A DNA stretch of 64,000 nt from Dicyema japonicum (taxonomy: Eukaryota; Animalia; Dicyemida): contig RDEW01000014.1 in NCBI GenBank assembly GCA_011109175.1, positions 1,164,143-1,228,142 of the forward strand. The letters run 5' to 3'. The notes beneath the pieces were generated by a model, which saw only the letters and a list, made by a program, of their open reading frames with translations, was not told where the DNA came from and made no database searches. A program made the translations under genes and the position numbers. Positions 1 to 13,250 of this stretch are shown here, piece by piece (within the stretch, counting starts at the first letter, position 1; each line of letters begins with the position of its first letter).

Positions 1-344
1 CACTAATACCTTTACAGTCCTTCAAATATTCTGATAATTTTATTTTTTTGTTGTTACAGTACCCCTGAATATTATATTAGATTAACCACACTATCGTTAA
101 TACTCGGCTGCATTCTAGTTCTTAATTTGTTAAGTAATCGTTCCACAAACTCATAAACAGTTACATAATGAATATCACTTATGTTAGTAGATATGTTGTA
201 AATGGGTAACTAAATTATTAATTAATATCATACATCGCCCACACGAATCATGATATTTTATATATTTTATTAAAAAATAAAGTTTATCTTTTCATTTTGG
301 AAATATTTAAAAGTAGATTTTATAATGATGATTTACACAAATGA

Positions 345-412
345 CACATTGCTACGAGTGCCGGGCAAAAGCCCTGATGGCCTCTAGTTTGAATCTCGCT
401 GATGTACATTTA
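345..412 (+). mobile_element. Degenerate tRNA-derived SINE head
   Basis: GTGCCGGGCAAAAGCC...AGTTTGAATCTCGCTGATGTACA matches the SINE head at 14600-14688 (GTGTCGGGCTAAAG...GGTTCGAATCTCGCTGCTGTTCA); B-box-like GTTTGAATCTC. Confidence 0.55.
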
Positions 413-423
413 GGAAAAAACTA

Positions 424-498
424 TAGCGTGCGTCATGTGGTTCGCCTTGTCTAGTGGCGTCAGATACAAGTCAAAATTGTATCCAAAAAGAACCATTT
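424..498 (+). ncRNA. Structured 5' leader RNA of Ingi/Vingi-like LINE, HDV-ribozyme-like topology (copy A)
   Basis: P2 GTGGTTC(437-443)/GAACCAT(490-496); P4 GATAC(463-467)/GTATC(479-483); C-AAAAA junction 484-489; covaries with copies at 35074, 38190, 40288 and 44482. Confidence 0.6.
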
Positions 499-2100
499 GT
501 CAACGATCATCCATAGGGGACGGCACTTCCTACACATTCGTGCACTTTTCCGGTGGAGACTCGTCATGTTAGGAGATGTTGAAATGAATCCGGGACCAAA
601 GTCTTTAAAGATACTTAGCCTGAACATTAACTGAGTCAAAACGCGGTCAAAACACGTCATTTTTTATGACTATGTTAATGCTTCCTGGACAGGATTCAGA
701 AGATACGTGGATTCGTCCCTATTGAATTTTCATCCGAATAATTTTAAGTCAATTGATATAACATCACTTTAATAAGGTTATTCTGGAAGGGAGAAAACTA
801 TTTGTCAGAAAAGGAATCTTAAAACTCACCAAAAAGAAATATGATAGCACAATCAAAATAATAAAAGAAAGGAATTGTCTTAAACATAAAATGGAGATCA
901 ACGAAAAGACAAAACTTCTCAAAAAAACAAAACTGGGCCGAATTTCTCGTGCTATAAAAAAATACTTACCAAGATGTGGAGGATGACGCGAAATGTCAAA
1001 AACACTGAAGACAAAACAATGGAGACCGTGAACAGGAGATGGATCCGAATAAATTTATCAAACATTGTGTGAGAATAAGCCACCATTCCAAAATATGGAT
1101 ATTCCTTTATACAAAAAACCGAAAAGGAAGCATCAAACAATGTATGTTCTACCAGGAGATGTCGCTTTGGAGATCTATCGAACAAAGAATACACATTCCT
1201 GTGGACCGGACGGGATCCCGGTTATTCTGTTAAAAAAGATGGGCACTATCACACCTAAATATATTAAAGGAGTTCATAACAGATGACTTTAACAATAGAC
1301 CAGGGAAGAAAAGACGATTGTATGCTCAATTGATAGACTCGAGGAAGATTATCAAGCACAAAATATATTCGTCGACATTGACGCAAACCTGAAATTATGG
1401 TTGGGAAATTTCTTGAGTGGTCGACGAGGACGAGTACACCATGGCAATCGATGTTCCGTATTGAGACTATTAGAAAATGGCGTTCCCTAGGACTACCCAT
1501 TATCTCCCCTATTATTTAACCTTATGACTGACTTGCCACTCCCTCAGGGAGACGATGACATATTATTAACGTATGCGGATGATATAGTCATTGCTTCGAG
1601 GGATGTGAGTATTATCGAAGCAACGAGAAAGTACAGGATAATCTGAATAAATTAAGTTTATGGCTTTGGGAAAATCAATTGACTGCTAGCTCGGAGAAGT
1701 CAGTGTTGACCCTATTCACGACAAACAGAAGACTAAGGAAAGTATCAATTGACGTCACACTGGATGGGAAAATTATCCCGCAAAACAAATACCAGAAAAT
1801 CCTGGGAGTTACCTTTGACACTTTCTTAACTTTTACAAAACATGTTGAAAATTTGTTATTGACTTGTACGAGGAAAATCAACTTTCTGAAGGCGTTCTTG
1901 GGAAACCTAAGAGACAAAAAAGATCTGAGTGGACTGGATGTCATATACAAACAGTCCATCGAGGCTACAATAAGATACGCATGTAATGTCTGGGGATCTA
2001 ACCTTGCTGCAACGAACTTGGAACAGATCTGCAACATTCAAGCGAAGGCAGCAAACCTACTAAGGAAATCTTCCTGTATGGAAATAGAAGACTGTTGAGG
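424..2100 (+). mobile_element. Ingi/Vingi-like non-LTR retrotransposon, decayed and internally deleted (2A-APE-RT)
   Basis: GDVEMNPGP at 572-598 followed by APE start KILSLNIN; RT pieces GPDGIP (~1210), NGVP*G..SPLLFNL and YADD (~1475-1580), KILGVTFDTFLTFTKHV (1679 ORF). Confidence 0.8.
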
Positions 2101-3129
2101 GAAGCCGGGATCATCTGAATTTTGTTTATTTCGGATATGAGGGTGGTTTTCTGGATAGTAATAAAGGGCAACCAGAAAATTGCAATTTTTAAAAATATAA
2201 ATTGCAAAAAAAATTATTTGTAAAAATTGTATTATGGAAAAATAAACGAAATAACTTATTGTAGTACAAAATTAAACATTCCTGAACATTTGAAGTTCGA
2301 TTTTAGTAAGAATTTTCGTCAAAAGAGATATCTCCCTTTTAACTGAGGCTGAGCTTCCGCGACAATTTTAAAAGTAAAGTAAATTTCTGGAGAAATATTT
2401 ATATTTGAGAAATCAAGAATACTTAGTATCCCAGATTTTTGAAGTTTTTTTGATATATAATTTTTTACATCACATCGATCCGATGAAAATTCTATGCTGT
2501 TCAGATCTGCATAAGATTTTTCAATTGAATAATCGAGTAGTTAGTTATTTGAATTCATTTCAATTAAAACAAAATAGTTGAACTGATTTCTGTTAAACTT
2601 GAAAACACGTGCGAATATTAACTGATTCTTTCGCATAAAATAATAAAAATCGAAACATTTTTGATTAAAACTCCATCTACTCCAAATTCAGACAATTTTA
2701 ATAATTCTCTGGAGGATTCTGGGAGTAATATTAGACTACTTTTAGCCAGCTTCTACATCTTGTGACAACAACTTAGGGTGGATTTCATATTTGTGAGAAC
2801 ATTTCACATCAGTGAAGTAGGATTTTATTCTTAGTGTAATAGATGTGAAACAAAAAGTGAAGTGGAAAAGATTTGGATATATAAATTTCATTGAGGTCAG
2901 AGCTAAAATTAGATTTATTTCTACCACTTTTCATATATGTGACGAATAAGACGAACTTTTCACTTTCAATTGAAAATTTTTGTTATCATTTCATCAACTT
3001 CAACACAAATTGCTGCAGTAGGCGGAGAATTTAAGTTGTTACACAATTTTTAACTTTTTATTCTTAATTCATTTTAAATTATTTTAATTATTTCTAAGTT
3101 ATTTAAAAAAAAATATTATTTTTTTGAAC

Positions 3130-3243
3130 CCAGGAAGAACACCGAGCAAGAATGAGATGGCTACCCGAGGCGACCGGAATCACCTGACGGCTATGTAGTT
3201 ATTTAATTTGTCAGTGATTTTTGGTTTTTAATAATAATAATGG
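3130..3243 (+). mobile_element. 3' end of I-group LINE with (TAA)n tail
   Basis: HRARMRWLPEATGIT* resembles HRRRMAQLIARTGIT* at 17550-17599; ends TAATAATAATAA. Confidence 0.5.
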
Positions 3244-3277
3244 TTGAAAAAAAAATATTATTTTTTTTAAACAAAAG

Positions 3278-6200
3278 TCAGTTGAGGAAGCCTGCTGCGT
3301 GGATTGCGAACAAGTTCCCTCGGAGTATGGCCATTCCAATCTTTTGTCTTAGCCATAACCCTTCTCGTTGATCCCTTTTCTTTCTGGCAAGCATTCCTCC
3401 GAGTTCTCGCAAGAACTCAGCCGTCATTGGACCAACGGCTCCCGATGATTCGGTCGCAACAGAAGTAAATCGGTAGCGATCCCCGAGGCAAGAATATTTC
3501 TTGATTTTTAGGTTTTTCGCGGTCGAAGCAGCTGCTCCAGGTGTCTGAACAGATTTAAAAATGTTCGTGCTTGAGAACTTGTCTATGCAAGTTGCGTCCC
3601 AGATCAAAGATCTTCCAGACGTGAAGGGGAAAAGGGTCATCCCGTCAGGTCTCTTCCCATCTCCTCGATCAAGACCCACTGGTTCAAGCTGTGCTGGGAA
3701 GCCTGAAGCCTTCAGAGCTCTGACGATCACATCATTCAGAGCGGCATGACGTGGTCCCCTTCCGGCGCTTCTTCTGCAGGACAGCGGGTGCAATCCTTTC
3801 GCATCGACTGTTTTCCCGCATCGGCATCGGTGCTCCTGGCAAACGTCTAGTCCCAGCCTTTGTCCGATTCCAATCCTCAAAGAATCGTCGTCCAAAAAGG
3901 TCCCGAGGTTTGGGCAAGGTATTGCACCAAGCCATGCTCCACTCCCTCGACTTGAAGCTGACACCAAACAAGCCAGACGATGTTGATTTGCTTCTTTCTT
4001 AAGGTCTTTCAAAATTTTGGAGCAGACAATGTCATCCCAATTTCTTTGCTTCGTTGTGTCTTCTGGGATTTTGAGTCCGGACCCGTTCCATTTCCGACAA
4101 GCTTCGTCAAATGACTCATTCCAGCAAAGTCCAATTGTGTTATGAAGGACTTGCCGTGTCAAATGGCTGCAGCTTGAGAGAGATGATAGGTATGCCGGGT
4201 ACGCAACCTCCAGCGCCGATCTCATTCCGACACCCCCAAATCCAGAGGGAAGCTTGCATTGTTTCCAACCAAGTTCGTCGAAGCGGACGTTAATTAGTGA
4301 CTCGACTGTTTGCTTGAGAGACTTGTCTATTGAAAGTAGAATGTCATATTGTTCGTAGCAGGGTGAACATCGGAGTAGATATAAAAGCTTGGGTAGTCCG
4401 ATGTTGTTTCTCATCAGGAAGAAAGATGTGTGAGAGTCGAGACATGACAATCTTTTCGCAAGGCGTGTTAATTCTTCATTTTTGGAAAGTAGATGGTTCT
4501 TGAGTTCTTCTTCGCTGAGTGGGCATCCGAGGAAATATAATTTATCAACTGGCACAGTCGGGATCCCAGGAAGCAGTTCGTCAAAAGACTCCTTGATAGA
4601 GAGGAAGTCGGTGTATGGATATGAGACATTTATTAGCTCTGATTTGTTAACATTGATGTCCAAGCCCAAATGTTTTAAAGCGGGTAACGCTTTACGTAAT
4701 TAATTGTATGTTTCTTTGAACGATCCTCCAATTGTGGCATCATCGAGGTACCAGAGATTTAGCTGAGCATCAATTGAGCTCACAACCTCATCAATGGTCA
4801 AGGCAAATAATAGAGGTCCGAGCGGATCTCCTTGTTGTACACCCGTTTTTGATTTAATAATTTCATTTTCAAAAACCAAAGACGTATCTTCCCCATAGGA
4901 TAGATTGACAAGAGGGAAAAGCTTTGGAGCCCTCTTCCAACACGTTTTCATAATTTCGTCTCTTCTGAGAGAATTAAAGGCATTCGTTATGTCCAACTTG
5001 ATTCCAATGCATTCATTTGAAATATTTTTCTGTGTGAAGAAACGCCTTGCTGCATGAACCGCAACCTCACATCCGTTCTGGATACTAACACCCATTTGTT
5101 TAGGAAAGAACTCCTCTCCGAGTTGTCTGCTCACCATGGTCGATGCTACTTTTGCTGCAAGTCTTCTAAAATAGTTCCCGACCGCAATGGGGCGTATTCC
5201 TCCGTTGGGTTTTTTGAAAGCAAGTAGCCTTGCAGAGAAGAGCAATTCTCTGGCATATTTTGGGATGTCGCCGTTAACCATCTTTCTGATTAGGTCCGTA
5301 ATTGATTTGACAAGACACCGTCTAGCTTCCGAGGTGTAAGTGGACGTAAGGTCCTTAATATGGCCAGGACGTAACCCTTCCAAGCCTCCACCGCTGCTAG
5401 CCGCGAAGGAAGTTATTCCGTGGCGCACTTCGGATTCAGTAATGATTATCTCTTGGGTTCCTTCAGGATTCAAAAACTTTTCATAGTCAGTCGGTGCATC
5501 TGGATGCTTTAGTATTAAGGTATTTAGGACCTCGGGGGTACAAGACTATACTGTGTCATCGGATGTGATAACTCGTAAAGCTGCCCGCACGTCGCCTTCC
5601 AGAAGTTTCCGGTTTACTCTCTCCTTTAGTTTGTTGGGGGCATCTTTGATGAATGCTCCTCTAGTTTCGACCTCATTGACATTAAGTGGATGTTCAAGTA
5701 TTGTGTGTATGTTATGACAGCTAAAATTCATTATGTTTCGTTTCAGTTTCCCGGATAAGTTGAGTCGAGAGTTTGTTTCTTTATTATTGTCATCAGATTC
5801 CTTTGTAGGTATTCCGAGTGCGACAGGTGCAAAGCATATAAGTTTTAGCCAGGATTCCCATCTGTCAGAGGATAGTACGTGATCAATGGCATCTGAAAGA
5901 CACGTTGCTGCGGCAATTCGTACTCCTTTAGGGATTTTTACTGGAATCTTCATGGCTTTCCTGAGGTTCGAAATCTTCAAGAGAGTATGGTCTGTATGTG
6001 GCTGTGTAAAGTTTGACTGAGTTATTTTTTCCCGCCTGGGGGCCTCCATTCCAATACAAAAGGGGCACAGCCAACTCGACAGCGTATCGGCGCAAGCTTT
6101 ACTCATTTTTATGCAGCCCAGATGGGCAAATGATTCACATTGTGTGCAGTTAATCCCATATTTCCAGATGTTCGATTGTCCACATAAAAAACATACCTGA

Positions 6201-6330
6201 TTTGTCCGTACTGGATTTGTTCCTCGTACTTTGTCTTCTTTTCGTTCTTTAATTTCCATGAGATTTTTGTTGATCACACCACACTACTTAATAAACGTGC
6301 GCAAACTTTTATTAAATTATATTTAAGAAA
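3278..6330 (-). mobile_element. CRE-clade non-LTR retrotransposon, near full length (PHD finger + RT + restriction-like endonuclease)
   Basis: ORFs 5546-6277, 4700-5473 and 3278-4669 share one frame, split only by TAG (5546-48) and TAA (4700-02). Motifs: PHD CxxC...CxxC...HxxC...WxCxxC; RT KPNGGIRPIAVG, QQGDPLGPLLF, WYLDD; CCHC CRCG..HPLSC..RH; RLE RPDG..WD.. Confidence 0.92.
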
Positions 6331-6359
6331 ATAATTATGAAAAGAAACAACCTTATGAG

Positions 6360-7015
6360 AATGACACATCGATCACGAGAGGTCATTAATCGAATCAAGG
6401 TACTAACATTCTGATCACAAAAAACACGAACAACATCCGAAGGAAAAAACTTATGCGAATCTTTGTTACCATGAATAATCAGACCTCAATTTCCAACATG
6501 TGGAAGATGCTGAGGCGTCTGAAGAACCCAGAATACGAAGATAACAAAGAACAATGCCAGCTCAATCTGAATAAATTTATGAAACATTGTATCCGAATCA
6601 GTCACATTCCTTATAAAAAAAATTAACACACAACCGAAAATAAAAAGAAAGTCATCCAAAATTGCCCCGCTGATTTATTTTCTTCCTAAAGATGTATCCA
6701 AATAAAATCAGAAAAAACAAACTAATGTGGCCCAGACGGAATTCCTCTTATTTTGCTTAAACACTTGGGCCTGGCATCAATAAATGCATTAACAATCATC
6801 TACAACACATCGCTGAACATAAATACCATACCGACTTTATGGAAACTATCAAAAATTCGACCAATATTGAAGCCGGGAAGACCGAAGAACGATCCCGGCT
6901 CTTACAGACCAGTTTCCCTTATATGTGTTTTGTCGAGAATCCTGGAGAAACTGGTCCTAAAACTTATTCGCTTCTCTCCCACAACCTACATTCCAACATG
7001 GCTTCAGATCATCTA
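6360..7015 (+). mobile_element. Ingi/Vingi-like RT fragment
   Basis: GPDGI..LLKHLG, WKLSKIRPILKPGRP..DPGSYRPVSL..LSRILEKLV. Confidence 0.75.
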
Positions 7016-7029
7016 AAGAACAATACTAT

Positions 7030-7405
7030 CCAGGGAGAGGAATTCAGAAAATACCTGGATGAGGGGTTGGAAGAAATATCAATAGATTTGGCACCGCTAA
7101 ACACCGATGTACTCAAACGGGTAGAGACTGACATTTCGCTAGATGGAAGAATCGTAAAACACAGATTGGCGTTCTTTGGGCATGTGTCCGCTCTGATTCA
7201 CTGGAAAGAACCATTATGCTGAGCAATATTACTGGAAAGAGAAGACCTGGCCGACCGAGGACTCGGTGGCTATCTACGGTGGAAGACGTCACGGGAATGC
7301 CTATATCAAGGCTACTCCAAATTGCAGCAGATCTGGGAGAGTGGAGGAAACTCGTTCATGAGATCTCCAAGGGTCGGACAGGACTTAATTGGACAACATA
7401 ACATA
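7030..7405 (+). mobile_element. RTE (BovB/RTE-1-like) 3' fragment
   Basis: LAFFGHV, GKRRPGRPRTRWL..V, EWRKLVHEISKGRT typical of the RTE C-terminus. Confidence 0.7.
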
Positions 7406-7419
7406 ATTTCGTGGACCTT

Positions 7420-10400
7420 GGTCAAACAGAAGATCACGATTGCTGCGGATATATACCTGAAAGAGGACTACGTAACTAATACACCACTGAAAAAGCAACC
7501 GCTTTGAAACTCCTTGCAAATCAACAATATATGGATACAATGTCTAAATACAGATGACAAAAATACGAAACAGCGGCTACAAAAGGAAAGAACAGTCATC
7601 AATAAGAAAAGCTGCACGTCGGATATTAAAGAACGAAACAATAACAAAAATAGAGAAAATCGAAGGCCTTAAAGACAATGCGAAGTTTTATGAAGCTGTC
7701 GGACAAATCAGAAAACTACCAAGGAAAACACTGATTTTACGAGATGAAGAAGGAAAACACATTGCTAACCAACAAGAAATTGCAGAACTTATAGCGGATT
7801 ATTTTGAAGCACAATTCGTATCAAAAAATAGCAAAAAACTCACCATTAACACGGATCAGGGAAAATTAGACAAAGAAATTACTTTGGAAGAAGTGATGAC
7901 AGCAAGTTACAAACTGAAGGACAATAAGAGTTTCGGCCCAGATGGCTTAAATGGTGAATTTTTCAAATATGGAACTCAAAAGCTATACATGATAATTGCC
8001 TGGATTCTAAACGAAACGTATAGTAAAGGAGCCACTTGGCCACTTGGGGAAGGACTATTGATACCAGTACAGAAGCCAAACAAAAAATCGGGGAAAGTTG
8101 AGAACCTAAGACCATTGGTATTAACCAACACATTACGGAAGATACTATATTACGCTTCAAAGAATGGGGGAAGCCTAGACTCGTACCTGTCGGCTTATCA
8201 AAGTGGCTTCCGCAAAGGGAGATTAACGTCAGATGTTACGTGGAGCCACAAATGGAGAAGTGGGACTGTTCAAAAATTTAAAATAACGACAACCATTATG
8301 GGGATTGATATGTCAAAGGCCTTTGATTCTGTCAACAGGAACAAGCTGCTGCAAATACTGGAGCACTTCTTGGAGGGCTCAACGATTAGGATGGTCAGGA
8401 CANAACGTCAGATGTTACGTGGAGCCACAAATGGAGAAGTGGGACTGTTCAAAAATTTAAAATAACGACAACCATTCTGGGGATTGATATGTCAAAGGCC
8501 TTTGATTCCGTCAACAGGAACAAGCTGCTGCAAATACTGGAGCACTTCTTGGAAGGCTTAACGATTAGGATGGTCAGGACACTCTTAGCTCTATTGCCTG
8601 ACCAAGTTGTCCTGTGTCTTGCTGAGTGCATAAAGGCCGTGTTACAAAGGAATAGATTATTTGCTTGACAAAATCTAGCTAACAAGGTTCGTGCAATGTT
8701 CCTTTTTCCCCTTCCATGTCTTCCAATGAATGCTTCTTCTATAGTGATTCGNTATTTATTTGGAGGCAGCTCTACGAGACTTGAAGCCTCATATCGGAAA
8801 AGGAACGAGAATAATAGCATATGCGGATGACGTGGACTTTATTTCGAATAACAAAGATTGCACTTTTGGAGAAAAATGCCTGATAAAATGGCTGAGTGGT
8901 CATTAAAAGTAAACACAAACAAAACCGAAATCACGGAGCTAAAAAGAAGTGAGGAAAGGACCGACGAGCACTGGCGTAGATCAAAAAAACTAGGATCCAT
9001 TCTCGGAGACACAGAAGATACAAACGAAGGAAGACACTAACTAATGTCGCTTTCAACAAAATGAAGAAGACCTGGCTTCTGCACAAAGGGCTTGACCCTA
9101 AAACTCGAATGAGAGTATACAATGCCCTAGTGAGGCCAATCCGATTATATAATGCCGGTACATGGGCATGTACAGGGCAGGAACTCGAAAAGTTGAATTC
9201 TTTTCACAGAAATCATCTCCGAGCACTCCTTTCTTCCCGAAGCTTTTTCAAAATGCCGTCCAAATCTTATACAAGAGAACAGGAACTAAGCCAATATCAT
9301 GTGATATTACTTATTCAAGATGGAGGCTGTTTGGACACATACTCCGCCACGATATGGGGACCCCTGCCAACACAGCAATGGAGGAGTATTTTGTCTTAGA
9401 AACTTCGCGTTTCCGCGGTCGGCCGAGGACAACACTGCCGGTAATCCTAGATGAAGATCTCAGGAGGATTGGAAAGTGCCTTAAAGATGGGGATGATGTA
9501 GATATGCTATGGAACGTGGCAACGGATCTAAAAAAATGGTGGACGTTAATTAGATTAACTTTTCGTGTTGCACATGTTTTGTCATGATCTTGGCATCGCG
9601 TATGTGCCTATAATAATTCTTAATGTTCCCAATAAGTTACTTTAATGTCTTAATTTTTTATATTTCTTAAAATAAGATATTATAGAATAAAACCACTCAT
9701 ATTGAGTGTATTACAATTTCTGAGTTTNTAAAAGTAAACACAAACAAAACCGAAATCACGGAGCTAAAAAGAAGTGAGGAAAGGACCGACGAGCACTGGC
9801 GTAGATCAAAAAAACTAGGATCCCTTCTCGGAGACACAGAAGATACAAACGAAGGAAGACAATAACTAATATCGCTTTCAACAAAATGAAGAAGACCCGG
9901 CTTCTGTACAAAGGGCTTGACCCTAAAACTCGAATGAGAGTATACAATGCCATAGTGAGGCCAATCCGATTATATAATGCCGGTACATGGGCATGTACAG
10001 GGCAGGAACTCGAAAAGTTGAATTCTTTTCACAGAAATCATATCCGAGCACTCCTTTCTTCCAGAAACTTTTTCAAAATGCCGTCCGAAATCTTATACAA
10101 GAGAACAGGAACTAAGCCAATATCATGTGATATTATTTATTCAAGATGGAGGCTGTTTGGACACATACTCCGACACGATATGGGGACCCCTGCCAACACA
10201 GCAATGGAGGAGTATTTTGTCTTAGAAACTTCGCGTTTCCGCGGCCGGCCGAGGACAACACTGCCGGTAATCCTAGATGAAGATCTCAGGAGGATTGGAA
10301 AGTGCCTTAAAGATGAGGACGATCTAGATATGTTGCGGAACATGGCAACGGATCGAAAAAGATGAGCGACGTTAATTAGATTAACTTTTCGTGTTGCACA

Positions 10401-10445
10401 TGCTTTGTCATGATCTTGACATAGCGTACGTGCCTATAATAATAA
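7420..10445 (+). mobile_element. RTE-type LINE, RT to 3' end, with internal duplications at contig joins
   Basis: ORF 7554-8465 (GPDG, LRPLVL, QSGFRKGR, IDMSKAFDSV); YADD ~8820; RWRLFGHILR, RGRPRTTLP; (TAA)n tails at ~9610 and ~10437. Confidence 0.88.
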
Positions 10446-10459
10446 TTTCTTCTCCAGAA

Positions 10460-10870
10460 GAATCGGTCGAGTTGAGATTATGTCCTGTCTATCTCACTAC
10501 CGATTCCTTCCAAATGGAGTTCCCCAAAGCTCCGTTTTGTCTCCTACCTTATTCAACTTGCACCTAATGATATTCGAACAAATTCCAAGAAACTACTCCT
10601 ATCATAGCGGATGACCTGATTATCGACTCAAAAGACAAAGACGTTAACGATGCAAAGAAGGTTGTTCAAAACCACTTGAACACTTTTGAAGATGGCTTGG
10701 TACAAATCACTTATCCCCCTCTCTATCGTAATCCACTGTCACTGTATTCACGTCCAACCACTAATTTTCAACCAATTTCAACAATTCATGGACAATCACT
10801 TTTAACAAGGCACATCACAAAGCAGTCATTTCTCGTTCAAATTAACAAGAAAATTTGAAATTTCAAAAAC
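10460..10870 (+). mobile_element. Ingi/Vingi-like RT fragment
   Basis: PNGVPQSSVLSPTLFNL..ADD. Confidence 0.7.
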
Positions 10871-11094
10871 ACATAAACGAGGATCTCAGTTGAATCATTA
10901 AACATAAATACTGACATTCAGAAAAGATTTATATCTCGAAATTACCTGAAAAGAGTTAAAGAAGAAAAGTACTGAAGAATATAAAGAAGAGTGAAAGAAC
11001 TACATTGTTTCGGAACTAGAAAAATTAGAACTAGAGAAATTAGATCAGGGCAATCAGAATTTTAAATAAATCAAGTATATCTATAAAAATTAAA

Positions 11095-11950
11095 GTAACT
11101 CCATACCTCTAATGATCCATGCGAAGAGGTTCTGATCAACAAACTTAAAAATGACACTAGCCCATGAATATATGGAATAAATGAACAACTCATTTAAATG
11201 CTTCCGAATTATTGACAAAAAAATTGTCACCATTTATAAAAAATGTTTGAAACGCTTATACCTTTACCATTGGGAGAAGGCCTCCTAGCCCCAATCCAAA
11301 ACTATTGAAATAATCAGCCCTGTCGAAAACCAAGGCCAATCATATTACTGAACTCAATAATAAAGATTTTCTCAAATGTTGTGGTTGAAGAAATAAGTCC
11401 GGTGGTGGAATAGTAATCCGTTAATCAAAGCGGATTCAGGAGCGTTCGATCCACTTCAGACATTGTATGGAGATATGACACAAAGATAAAAGAATGAAAT
11501 AAATATCCTCGGAATCGACTTCTCAAGAGAATTTGACACAGTAATACTCGAAACAATACTGGATGAGGATTCCCTAAGATGATGAGACTCCTCATGCCCA
11601 CGAGATAGACTATGTTTCCGAAAAGATAGGGATATAAAAATATTCTAAACTCTAAAACCATCGACTTATCTCGCTTGATGTGGTATGCCCATACGAATAT
11701 AGCGATTGTTATCCAAAAAGCTTAGNCGGAATCGACTTCTCAAGAGAATTTGACACAGTAATACTCGAAACAATACTGGATGAGGATTCCCTAAGATGAC
11801 GAGACTCCTCATCCCCACGAGATAGACTATGTTTCCGAAAAGATAGGGATATAAAAATATTCTAAACTCTGAAACCATCGACTTATCTCGCTTGATGTGG
11901 TATGCCCATACGAATATAGCGATTGTTATCCAAAAAGCTTAGAGATTTCA
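11095..11950 (+). mobile_element. Decayed RTE RT fragment
   Basis: LPLGEGLL.PIQ, RPIILLNS, QSGFR..RST, ILGIDFSR.FD. Confidence 0.65.
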
Positions 11951-12099
11951 GCTATAGACTACGTGACGACATTTCCTACGGAATCCAAAAGACTTGTAGT
12001 GAAGCGACCAAAGAAAGAATATCACTAAGTTCTAGAAATCGAATATGATTGGGTTTAGCTCAGAGAATATGTCCTATTCGTGTCAACTGTAGCTTAAAT

Positions 12100-13250
12100 T
12101 CTAATATAATAATAAGCCATTAATTTGAAACCCAAAATTCCCTATTTAATTAAAACCCAATGAGAGTTCCGAGTAGCAGAAGAACAGTTAGAAGATGACA
12201 TTTACCTAAATAAATGAAATGAAAATACCTGTTATACCATTCCTTTTCTTAAAGGCTATGGTTCTTAGATGTTTCGTCAAAAGATGTAAATATTCTACCT
12301 TTATAGTTAAAATATTATAAGACTGCAATTTCTACGTTATGTTCATCATTGTTTATTTTGTAATGTTTAGAGAGTTCGTTCTAAAATCAGTATAAGCCTA
12401 ACAAGGAAACTAAAAATGAGTTCATGATCTAAAATAGGTCAAAACGAGCAACCATCATTCTGTGAAATATACGTTCTAAGCTTTATGACGTAGAGTTTTA
12501 TATGTCTCTAAAATTGAGTTTCCTTCTTACAGAATATTCTGGGAGACTCGATTCACATTCTTCATCACTGAAGGCTATAGTAATAATAATTTGCTTACGA
12601 ATATTTCTAATCTTTTCCAAGAAATACTCGAATGCAAGAAGTGAATCGATCTATAGTCATTCAAATACTCACTGTCGCTTTTTTTAGATTACTACTGTCA
12701 ATTATTCTGTTTTGTTCTGTTATTTTGCCATCCTTTTTTAACACAGTCATTATATTTATCTAAACATGTACACTGAAAATACTCCAAAGGTTGATAATTC
12801 TGGCTGAAGCTTTATCTGAACTATTTTGTGTCAAATTGAAAATTACCGCATTTTTTATCAACGTCATGCCTGACAATTTCAACGTTAATCAATTCACTGT
12901 TCTTGGGATTATTACACACACTACAATGAGGCGCTGTGGTATCCTAGATGTGCTATACTGGATTAATAGCAAATATAATAACATTTTACTTTTTATCGCA
13001 GCAGACCTATATTAAATTAGATTATATGCATAATTCTTATAACGCTAAAAAATTACCAGTTTTATTATTTAAAAAATTATACTTAATTGGTGTTAAGGAA
13101 TTCACTGAGACTGAGCAAAATATTCAATCCAAGATCCATAAACCTCAAATCCACCAAATGAATCCTAATATACACATTACAATATTTAATATTCATGACC
13201 TCAAATTATTTTAAAAATGGTAGAAACTATTTGTGGATTTCTTAGGATTG
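12100..13250 (-). other. Possible uncharacterised host gene with tiny introns (second copy ~48800-49950, + strand)
   Basis: Several 23-26 nt GT..AG AT-rich segments (e.g. gtaagcaaattattattactatag, gtattttcatttcatttatttag) between exon-like stretches; no full reading frame resolved. Confidence 0.3.

Noticed and set aside
2230-2930. Minus-strand coding-like stretch
   Set aside because: Interrupted by stops with no recognisable motif and no convincing splice model.
4700-5548. In-frame TAA/TAG in the otherwise intact CRE ORF as a sign of a ciliate-type genetic code
   Set aside because: Host genes here (RAP1, lectin, acyltransferase) terminate on TAA, and apparent in-frame TAGs in host genes resolve as intron acceptors. 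Point mutation is sufficient.
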